NCBI RefSeq assembly: GCF_030247605.1
Contig: NZ_JAOTSB010000018.1
Location: 2,463 to 66,462 of the forward strand
Direction: 5' to 3'
DNA from: Acidaminobacter sp.
GTDB lineage: Bacteria > Bacillota > Clostridia > Peptostreptococcales > Acidaminobacteraceae
Length of the DNA stretch: 64,000 bases
Part shown: positions 57,404 to 64,000 of the stretch, piece by piece
Position numbering within the stretch: the first letter of the stretch is position 1
Layout: each line of letters begins with the position of its first letter
Program-made: the position numbers and the translations under genes
The notes under the pieces: model-generated
What the model was told of the DNA's origin: nothing
The model's database searches: none
Seen by the model: the letters and a program-made list of their open reading frames with translations, nothing else

Positions 57404-57455
57404 AAAGCTGCCGATGGTCGCTTGTGTATATGACGACCATCGGCAGCTTTTTCAT
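57404..57455. terminator. Bidirectional terminator hairpin built from a CTGCCGATGGTC inverted pair
   Basis: 17-bp stem AAAGCTGCCGATGGTCG/CGACCATCGGCAGCTTT with T-runs on both strands, between convergent genes. Confidence 0.8.
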
Positions 57456-57576
57456 TTTCCCGTACCTGGTAGTAAAAGTGAAGATAATGAAGTTGTTTTT
57501 CGTGAAAACAAGCAATATCAGTCTTTGCAAAATATTTGTACGTTGGTGTTCCGAAAAACGTGCCAGGTACGGGACC
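57448..57576. repeat. 115-bp TIR-bounded element, copy 2
   Basis: CCCGTACCTGG at 57459-57469 and CCAGGTACGGG at 57563-57573; same 115-bp span as copy 1. Confidence 0.85.
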
Positions 57577-57581
57577 CGTTC

Positions 57582-58316
57582 TTAATAGCATTTATAAGCA
57601 TTCTTAGGCAGCGTCATCCAACCGCGCGCTTCATCTTGATGCACAAGAATCGTCCGTTCCCAGTTCAAATAGACCATCTTGACCATGTCTTCACACAGCC
57701 CGACCTGATCCGAATCATCGACATGGGAACCATCCAGGCCGCAGACGCGCTCTGCGCCTGTAACTTTTTTCAACTCAGCCGCTTTGAGGCTATCTCCGGC
57801 AGCGCCGGCATAAATCTTGCCTTTGATCCTGCCGTCGTGGCCATTCAGTCGAAGCCCCACGCCAGCAATAGCGCCTATCACCCCGCCACCTGTCCCGCCA
57901 TGCTCGGACAAATGAACCTTCGTGGATTCTGCCAGCTCATAAGCCATGGCTTTCGTCACCAAACCCGCTTTTGCCTGCCGACCAAAGGCAATCAGCCGCT
58001 CCAGACCCTGAATCTGATCCCGAACCGCAACACACAGGCCTGGGTCTGACCCTTCTTCGCTGACCTCCAGCAGATGCTCCTGGGCCAGCGCGATCACCTG
58101 CGCCAGAGCGCCGCATACCAGTTCTGCTTCAAAACACATGGCGCTGTTATGGGAGGTGTAAGGCACCTCCTCATGGACATAGAGCTGGTGCCTGGTAATA
58201 TAGCGGGTCGTTCCCAGTCCGAGGGCTTCAATCTTCTGCCGCAGCGCCTCCGCGTGGTGGCCTGTGCCTGGGGTGCCCAGACTGTCGGTGTCATCTATAG
58301 CTATCAATACTCTCAT
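57582..58316 (-). CDS. Hypothetical protein resembling the N-terminal ATP-utilising domain of archaeal TiaS
   Basis: MRVLIAIDDTDSLGTPGTG start, PYTSHNSAMCF, SDPGL and a GGTGGGVIGAIAGVG segment resemble, from memory, the TiaS N-terminal domain. No OB fold or zinc ribbon. 24-nt gap and a GAGGTGA RBS after the SBP gene. Confidence 0.6.
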   Translation of the reverse strand: MRVLIAIDDTDSLGTPGTGHHAEALRQKIEALGLGTTRYITRHQLYVHEEVPYTSHNSAMCFEAELVCGALAQVIALAQEHLLEVSEEGSDPGLCVAVRDQIQGLERLIAFGRQAKAGLVTKAMAYELAESTKVHLSEHGGTGGGVIGAIAGVGLRLNGHDGRIKGKIYAGAAGDSLKAAELKKVTGAERVCGLDGSHVDDSDQVGLCEDMVKMVYLNWERTILVHQDEARGWMTLPKNAYKCY

Positions 58317-58340
58317 CTCATCACCTCTGCCTCATAGGGC

Positions 58341-59453
58341 TCATGAAGATTTTGCCGCGCGCATGCCGACGCCGGACAGGATTTCTTCGATTTCTTCAGA
58401 GTCAAATTCAAGTCCAAAGTAGGTCCCGTAGTAATCCTTTGTATACTGAACCAGATCCAGATCCTCAAATTTTTCAGGATAAAAGAGCTGAGCCATGTAC
58501 AGGACAGCCATAGGTGTCTCTATGGAGCCGGGATGGCCCCATCTGGAAATGCCTACAGGAAGCGTAAACACCTGCCCGGACTGGACTGCCTCAAGGCCCT
58601 GCCACTTGGCATCCGTCCGGATATAGTCTGCCACCAGATACTCATTGGCCAGGATCGCCTCCGGTTTCCAGCCGTAGATTTCTTCCAGGGTCACAAAGGT
58701 TTTTTCATCAGCCATGGCAGCGCCAGCCTCCGCGGAGACATTGATCAGACCCGCCAGGGTGGTCACTTCTTCCTGAATGCTGCCCATGGCATCCGTTCTG
58801 GTCGCTTCATTGACAGAGTGATAGACGCGGACGCGTTCTTCCATAGGAATGTCGCTGATGCGCGCCTGGACCATGGCAATGGCAGCTTCATAAAAATCCA
58901 GATAAGCCTGTGCAGCCTCCTGACGGTTCAGGACCTCGCCCAGTACTTGAATGGAACGCTTTTGTTCCTCAATGTTGGTGTAATCAATGACAACATAGGG
59001 GATGCCGGCCTTGTCCAACTTTTCCGTTTCTGCCCCGCTGAGGGCTATGGAATGGCGGATCAGCGCGATCTCAGCGCCTGAAGCGATCAGTTCCTCAACA
59101 TTGATGACGCCGGTCGCCGAAGGGACACTCAGCCTATCAATGTCAGCGCGTTTCATCCGCATCAGCTGATCGCGTTTGAGTCCCTCCACCAGGGCGACGA
59201 TCTGATCCTGGGTGTCAAGGAGAGTCATGCCATGGCCGGCGTAGGCGTAAAGACATGCGATCTTCAGCTCGCCTTCTGGTATTTCAACTGTTCTGCCATC
59301 ACAGTCAACAATGCTTCGGGTGGCGGCCGCCTCTTCCAGAGCTGGCGGAGTGGCTTCAACCGGCTTTGTTTGTGGCGCGCAGGCGGTGAGTAAGAGGACC
59401 ATCGGCAGAAAAAGCACTGCTGAGAGTAAAGTGGCACGCCAATGACGTTTCAA
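58341..59453 (-). CDS. ABC transporter substrate-binding lipoprotein, Fe3+-siderophore/cobalamin (FecB/BtuF) type
   Basis: Lipobox LLLTAC and a class III periplasmic-binding-protein-like sequence. Confidence 0.85.
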   Translation of the reverse strand: MKRHWRATLLSAVLFLPMVLLLTACAPQTKPVEATPPALEEAAATRSIVDCDGRTVEIPEGELKIACLYAYAGHGMTLLDTQDQIVALVEGLKRDQLMRMKRADIDRLSVPSATGVINVEELIASGAEIALIRHSIALSGAETEKLDKAGIPYVVIDYTNIEEQKRSIQVLGEVLNRQEAAQAYLDFYEAAIAMVQARISDIPMEERVRVYHSVNEATRTDAMGSIQEEVTTLAGLINVSAEAGAAMADEKTFVTLEEIYGWKPEAILANEYLVADYIRTDAKWQGLEAVQSGQVFTLPVGISRWGHPGSIETPMAVLYMAQLFYPEKFEDLDLVQYTKDYYGTYFGLEFDSEEIEEILSGVGMRAAKSS

Positions 59454-60268
59454 TTTGCGTCCCTCCTCTTGTCTGGAACCGCCATGATGTAGCTGAAAGG
59501 AAGCCCGTCCATGACCCCAGTATGGGTAACGACTCTGGTATGATACAGGCGTTCAATCGTGTCGCTGGTCAAGACCTTCGACGGCTTGCCCTGCGCAATC
59601 AGCTGGCCCTGCTCCATAATGCCCACTCTGACCGGCATGCCGCTGTTTTCAAAGTAAAGCGGATGATTCAGGTCATGGGTTGTCAGCATGAAGGAAAGGC
59701 CCTCGGTCCGGGTGAGGGCGCAGATCAGGTTCAAAATTTCATTTTCGTTCTTAAAATCCAGATGCGAAGTGGGCTCGTCCATGATGATCAGCTTTGCCTT
59801 CTGGGCCAGCGCCCGGGCGATCATGACGAGCTGCAGCTCGCCGCCGCTGATCTGGGTGTAGGGCTTTTGGGAGATCGCCTCCAGGCCCGTCATAGCAATG
59901 GCCTCCCGGGCGATTTCCCGGTCGCGCCTGTCAGGACTCGAAAAGGTGCCTGTCGCAAAAGTCCGCCCCATTAACACAATTTCAAAAACAGAATAAGGAA
60001 ACGTCTTGGCGTGCAGCTGAGGCACAAAGGCGATCTGCGACGCGACTTCAGCGGGCTTAAGGGTATGAATAGACCGGCTGCCGAGGCTGATGTCACCGGA
60101 CTTCAGCGGATGCTGGCCCAGGACACAGTCAATCAGCGTTGTCTTGCCGCAGCCATTGGGGCCGAGGAGGCAATAAATCTCCCCCGGGGCGACTTTCAGG
60201 CTGATCCCGCGAAGCGTATGCTCTGTCCCATAAGAAAAATTAAGGTTGTCAATACTCAATAATGTCAT
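59450..60268 (-). CDS. ABC transporter ATP-binding protein (FepC/BtuD type)
   Basis: Walker A GPNGCGKTT, signature SGGELQ, Walker B IIMDEP. ATGA overlap with the permease stop. Confidence 0.92.
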   Translation of the reverse strand: MTLLSIDNLNFSYGTEHTLRGISLKVAPGEIYCLLGPNGCGKTTLIDCVLGQHPLKSGDISLGSRSIHTLKPAEVASQIAFVPQLHAKTFPYSVFEIVLMGRTFATGTFSSPDRRDREIAREAIAMTGLEAISQKPYTQISGGELQLVMIARALAQKAKLIIMDEPTSHLDFKNENEILNLICALTRTEGLSFMLTTHDLNHPLYFENSGMPVRVGIMEQGQLIAQGKPSKVLTSDTIERLYHTRVVTHTGVMDGLPFSYIMAVPDKRRDAN

Positions 60269-61287
60269 GCCCAATTCTCCCCTTTGGTCCGTTTCAAAAG
60301 ATAGATGAAAAATGGCCCGCCAACCAGCGCCGTGACTATACCGAGCGGAATCTCCGCGCCGGTCAGGGTCCTGCAGAGAGTATCCACCAGGAGCATGAAG
60401 CTTGCGCCCAGGGAAATAGAGGCAGGAATCAGCTTTCTGTTGTCGTTGCCGACCAGCATCCGCCCTACATGGGGGATGACAAGGCCAATCCAGCCCACCA
60501 CACCGCTGACGCTGACCGCTCCGGCCGTCGCTAAAGTCGCGAAGCCAATCAGAAAGAACTTGACGACTTTGACGTTGATGCCAAGACTCCTGGCCTCCCT
60601 GTCGCCCATGGAAATGATGTTGAGCCGGAAGCTGAGCAGCAGCAGTCCAACCAGTCCTAGTCCCATTGGGATGCTGCTCATCAGAATGTCCTGACTCCTG
60701 GCAGCGCTGAGGCTCCCCATGAGCCAGAAGGTGATCGCCGGCAGCTTATTCAGCGGATCCGCGACGTATTTCACCAGCTGCAGCAGCGCGGAAAAAATGG
60801 AGGAGATCACCGTACCGCCCAGAACCAGCATAATGGTTGAGGTCGAGGACGATTTGTAGACTCTGCCCACCAGATAACTGGCCCCAACGGCCACGATGCC
60901 AAAGACAAAGGCGAACACCGGCGTCCACAGGGTCCCAAACAGCAAAATCGAAATAGCTGCCCCAAAGCCCGCCCCCGAAGACACGCCAAGGATTCCGGGG
61001 CTGGCGAGGGGATTTCGAAACAGCGCCTGATAGGCCGCACCAGACACGGCTAACGCGCTCCCGGTTGCCATGGCCAGAAATGTCCTTGGCAAGCGGATTT
61101 CCATGACAATGGTATACAGATCCTTCACGACCAGGGCGGACTGGCCTGTCGCCGCACGAAATAGAATCTCAAAAACTGTGCCGGCCGGGATTTCAAACCT
61201 GCCGGTGCTCATGGAAATCACGGCCATAAGGATTGGCAGGACCACGAAGATCAATAGTCTCAAGATCAATTTCAGAGTCAGCTTCAT
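60265..61287 (-). CDS. FecCD/BtuC family ABC transporter permease
   Basis: 340 aa multi-TM with IRLPR, GILGVSSGAG and GEIPLGIVTALVGGPFF. Confidence 0.92.
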   Translation of the reverse strand: MKLTLKLILRLLIFVVLPILMAVISMSTGRFEIPAGTVFEILFRAATGQSALVVKDLYTIVMEIRLPRTFLAMATGSALAVSGAAYQALFRNPLASPGILGVSSGAGFGAAISILLFGTLWTPVFAFVFGIVAVGASYLVGRVYKSSSTSTIMLVLGGTVISSIFSALLQLVKYVADPLNKLPAITFWLMGSLSAARSQDILMSSIPMGLGLVGLLLLSFRLNIISMGDREARSLGINVKVVKFFLIGFATLATAGAVSVSGVVGWIGLVIPHVGRMLVGNDNRKLIPASISLGASFMLLVDTLCRTLTGAEIPLGIVTALVGGPFFIYLLKRTKGENWA

Positions 61288-61290
61288 ACT

Positions 61291-61980
61291 TTATGAACGC
61301 TTTTTCTTCATCCAGTACCCGGCGATCAGCATCACAGCTGCAATGCCGGCCATGACATAGATCATGGAGGATGGCGCGCTGTCGGTGCCAGCTTCCTCTG
61401 CGGCTGGCGCTTCGGCTATTGGTGCTTCGGCTGTTGGCGCTTCAGCAGCAGGTGCTTCAGTCGTTGCCGGCGCTTCAGTCGTAATTGGAGTCTCCCCGCC
61501 GGCGGCGGCTGTCGTGAAGCTGATGACAATGTCCTCTGCCAGGCTGGCCCCGCTCTTTGAAGTCAGAGCTTTGCTGATCGTCACTATGTATTCCGTTCCG
61601 GCTTCCAGTTCTGCCGATGGTTTCACCACCACATCATTCTTCTTATCAGGCTCAACCTGCGAATCTGCCATCAGCACTTCATAGGCGACTTCACCGCCGT
61701 CTTTCTTCTCCAGCTTGAAGCACGCCAGGTTGGCTTCTTTGACACTGAGGTCCGTCACGTTCTTGCTGAACACCATGGTGACAGACGGGGTCAGACCTAC
61801 TTCGGTTTGTCCATCCGTGACCGTTGAGGAAACTAGCGTGAGCGGCTCTGAGCTGTTGCCGCCGGTGCCTCCCCCGGTTCCACCGCCAGTTCCACCGCCA
61901 GAACCGTCTGCGGAGGAAATGATCAAGGGCATAAACAGGAGGGCTAATGCAATGCTTACAAGGACTGAAACTTTTTTCAT
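61291..61980 (-). CDS. Surface protein: signal peptide, Gly-rich spacer, SbsA/Big_5-like Ig domain, TEAPA repeats, C-terminal TM anchor
   Basis: MKKVSVLVSIALALLFMPLII signal, GGGTGGGTGGGTGG spacer, an Ig-like segment, (T/A)EAP repeats, then MAGIAAVMLIAGYWMKKKRS. ATG at 61980. Confidence 0.75.
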   Translation of the reverse strand: MKKVSVLVSIALALLFMPLIISSADGSGGGTGGGTGGGTGGNSSEPLTLVSSTVTDGQTEVGLTPSVTMVFSKNVTDLSVKEANLACFKLEKKDGGEVAYEVLMADSQVEPDKKNDVVVKPSAELEAGTEYIVTISKALTSKSGASLAEDIVISFTTAAAGGETPITTEAPATTEAPAAEAPTAEAPIAEAPAAEEAGTDSAPSSMIYVMAGIAAVMLIAGYWMKKKRS

Positions 61981-62045
61981 GATGTCGACCCCTTTACAAT
62001 TTGATGTGTCGCAGCAGCTAAAGGAAAGGCGCGCTGGTTTTTGGA

Positions 62046-62075
62046 CAAAAAAAGACACTCGGAAAGTCGAGTGTA
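62046..62075 (-). terminator. Intrinsic terminator within the 5' leader of the ABC importer operon (attenuator)
   Basis: ACACTCG-ACTTTC-CGAGTGT followed by T7 on the minus strand, about 65 nt upstream of the first gene. Confidence 0.7.
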
Positions 62076-62265
62076 CCGGTTATTGCCTATGAGTCATCAC
62101 AAAAACAGCGGTGATCCCATAGACACGTCAGACTCTTTCTTTCCAAAACGGGAGGCTGTGGGATTTCTCCCCTAACCCAGGTTGGTGACCATAGCAAAAA
62201 GTAAGCCGTAGGTCATTCAACTCGAAATGAGCGCGATATTCAGTTGGCAGTTTTGACATGTCTAG

Positions 62266-62294
62266 AGTATAACATACTCTTGATAGGGGTTAAA
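62266..62294 (-). promoter_or_regulatory. Putative promoter of the ABC importer operon
   Basis: The minus strand has an extended -10 TGTTATACT and a weak -35 TTTAAC at 17-nt spacing. Confidence 0.35.
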
Positions 62295-62363
62295 GGGACT
62301 TCGCGGCTGCGAGGGAGAATTTGGAGGAATGGGCTTTCGAGACTTGAAGCCCAGAAGATTTTA

Positions 62364-62401
62364 GCCGATGGTCAGATGGCGTACATCACATGACCATCGG
62401 C
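62364..62401. repeat. CTGCCGATGGTC-family hairpin between divergent transcription units
   Basis: GCCGATGGTCA - 16-nt loop - TGACCATCGGC. Confidence 0.75.
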
Positions 62402-62579
62402 AGCTAATATCTTCATGCCTTTCTTGTAGTGTACACAAAAACTAATAACGAACGCAGGTCCAAACTCTACCCCTTCCCTTCCCAAATGTTGTATAATTAG
62501 ACAAAGCTTTTATATGGCTGACGGGGATCTGGCCATTTATTACCCGTTAAAGTCAAACCAACAAGCGAGGGGATCAAAC

Positions 62580-63602
62580 ATGAGCAAAGTCTACTTCATA
62601 AAAAATGAAAGCCTCAATGACGATCAGCTGGGATCAGATGCATTGAAGCTGCTTAAGACAGTGGTCGCGGCGTCCGGGCATACCTTTGAAAAGGAGGTCC
62701 CGCTCAAAGTGCATTTTGGAGAAAAAGGTAATACGACCTTTCTGTCAGCCAAATGCTACGACCCAACCATTCAATATCTGAAAGAGATGGGGGTCTCCCC
62801 TTCCTACATAGAAACCAACGTTCTCTACAGAGGATCGCGAACCACCACGGATAAGCACCTGGAAACCGCGAAAGCCCACGGCTTCTCCCAGATTCCAATT
62901 ATCATTGCGGACGGTGACCTCGGTACAGAGTATGTTGAGGTAGAGATCCCTGGAGAGTATATAAAAAAGTGTAAAATTGGAAAAGGTTACGGCAGGTTTA
63001 ACCAATTTATTGTCATGAGCCATTTCAAAGGCCATATTCAAGCTGGGTTTGGCGGGGCTTTGAAGCAGCTGGCCATGGGCTTTGCGGCCAGAGGCGGCAA
63101 GCTGGAGCAGCATGCCGGCATCGCGCCGGTTGTGTCTGCAAAAAAATGTGTGTCCTGTGGACTCTGTATCGAAAAATGTGACTTTGATGCCATTGAAATG
63201 ATTAATACTGCGGTGATTGATCCGGACAAATGCGTGGGCTGCGCGGGCTGTATTGCTGTCTGCCCGGAAGGCGCCATCCGCAACTCCTGGTCGGGCTCCA
63301 ACTTCCTGGAGAAGCTATCAGAATACGCCCTGGGTGCAGCCAAAGACAAGGACATCATCTACATCTCCTTCATCAGCAATGTCACCGAGGAATGCGACTG
63401 CACCGGCATCCACATGAAGCCCATTGCGGATAATATTGGCGTTCTAGCCTCGAAAGATCCTGTAGCGCTGGATACCGCCTGCCTGGACCTGCTTCAGCAG
63501 CGCAGCCGCAAGAAGCTCTTTGAGAATGGTCGAGTGTCTTTGAAGCACGCTGAAAAGATTGGGCTGGGGACTATGGCGTATGAATTGGTTGCGCTGGATT
63601 AG
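62580..63602 (+). CDS. DUF362 domain protein with 2x[4Fe-4S] ferredoxin insert
   Basis: MSKVYFIK...LKVHFGEKGN start, CVSCGLCIEKC and CVGCAGCIAVCP clusters. The ATG at 62580 follows GAGGGG. Confidence 0.85.
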   Translation: MSKVYFIKNESLNDDQLGSDALKLLKTVVAASGHTFEKEVPLKVHFGEKGNTTFLSAKCYDPTIQYLKEMGVSPSYIETNVLYRGSRTTTDKHLETAKAHGFSQIPIIIADGDLGTEYVEVEIPGEYIKKCKIGKGYGRFNQFIVMSHFKGHIQAGFGGALKQLAMGFAARGGKLEQHAGIAPVVSAKKCVSCGLCIEKCDFDAIEMINTAVIDPDKCVGCAGCIAVCPEGAIRNSWSGSNFLEKLSEYALGAAKDKDIIYISFISNVTEECDCTGIHMKPIADNIGVLASKDPVALDTACLDLLQQRSRKKLFENGRVSLKHAEKIGLGTMAYELVALD

Positions 63603-63626
63603 GAAAGATCAAAAATGATAAAGCTG

Positions 63627-63655
63627 GCCGATGGTTGTTATAATTCACCATCGGC
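63627..63655 (+). terminator. CTGCCGATGGTC-family hairpin after the DUF362 gene
   Basis: GCCGATGGT - loop - ACCATCGGC; weak T-run. Confidence 0.55.
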
Positions 63656-63657
63656 AT

Positions 63658-63781
63658 AACTTCATTTTCCCGTACCTGGTAACGCCAGTGAAGTTAATGA
63701 AGTTACTTTTCGTGAAAGCAAGCAATATCAGTCTTGACAAAATAATTGCACGTTGGTGTTCCGAAAAACGTGCCAGGTACA
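63658..63781. repeat. 115-bp TIR-bounded element, copy 3 (right inverted repeat truncated)
   Basis: CCCGTACCTGG at 63669-63679; the right end CCAGGTAC at 63773-63780 stops short of GGG. Confidence 0.8.
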
Positions 63782-63784
63782 GAA

Positions 63785-63828
63785 AAAAGGCTGCCGATGG
63801 TCATTTGAAGCGCCATCTGCAGCCTTTT
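63785..63828 (-). terminator. Intrinsic terminator after the ParE/RelE gene, built from a CTGCCGATGG inverted pair
   Basis: AAAAGGCTGCCGATGG / CCATCTGCAGCCTTTT (one mismatch), with a U-run on the minus strand. Confidence 0.7.
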
Positions 63829-64000
63829 ACAATAAATTTCGATATTCCCTTCGTGCATCTACAATTCCATATATGATGATTTCTTCTTGCTCAACAAATA
63901 TCCTATAAAATATGAGATGCCTTTCAACGATCAAGACTCGGTAACCTTGCTTTTTTAAAATCGAGTATCTTGGCAAACTTCCTGATTCAGGAAAATCCTT
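63827..64000 (-). CDS. RelE/ParE family type II toxin, C-terminal 57 codons only (N-terminus beyond window)
   Basis: Manual reverse translation gives KDFPESGSLPRYSILKKQGYRVLIVERHLIFYRIFVEQEEIIIYGIVDARREYRNLL followed by a stop. This is the typical ParE/RelE C-terminal pattern. Confidence 0.7.
   Translation of the reverse strand, partial: KDFPESGSLPRYSILKKQGYRVLIVERHLIFYRIFVEQEEIIIYGIVDARREYRNLL

Noticed and set aside
62076-62265. Calling the ABC-operon leader a cobalamin riboswitch outright.
   Set aside because: The gene context fits, but I could not find the B12 box or the GCCACUG core by eye. It is reported as an unclassified leader instead.

Overview
Chromosomal segment of a Clostridia-type Firmicute, judged from the gene sets hfq-miaA-mutL-mutS-miaB, cmk-plsC-ispH-rpsA, scpA/scpB, spo0A-recN-argR-tlyA-dxs, ispA-xseB-xseA-nusB and efp. 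Bases 1 to about 50.7 kb are housekeeping genes, nearly all on the minus strand. They are interrupted by a korDABC 2-oxoacid:ferredoxin oxidoreductase operon, two NCS2 nucleobase permeases, a deoB-punA-pdp nucleoside salvage cluster and a sensor kinase/response regulator pair. From about 50.7 kb to the end the strands are mixed and the content looks accessory: MFS transporter, lipoprotein, gdhA, a MerR/YitT pair, a FecB/FecCD/FepC-type ABC importer operon with a surface Ig-like protein and a TiaS-like gene, a DUF362 ferredoxin protein and a partial ParE/RelE toxin. I found no rRNA, tRNA, CRISPR array, transposase or phage genes. The unusual signal is mostly non-coding, in three interspersed repeat families. 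(1) The 12-mer CTGCCGATGGTC is strongly over-represented; it occurs mostly as inverted pairs forming terminator hairpins, but single copies also sit inside genes. (2) Arrays with a strict 24-bp phase carry the quasi-palindromic core GTGNCNGNCAC and usually end in GTGCCAGAGC; one array lies in frame inside the mutL linker. (3) A roughly 115-bp element bounded by 11-bp inverted repeats is present three times in the last 8.5 kb. Unusual protein architectures are a CCA/poly(A)-polymerase-type nucleotidyltransferase fused to ScpA, a stand-alone TiaS-N-terminal-like protein at the end of the ABC importer operon, and a REC-DUF2294 response regulator. All homology calls come from reading the translated ORFs from memory of the families; no searches were run.
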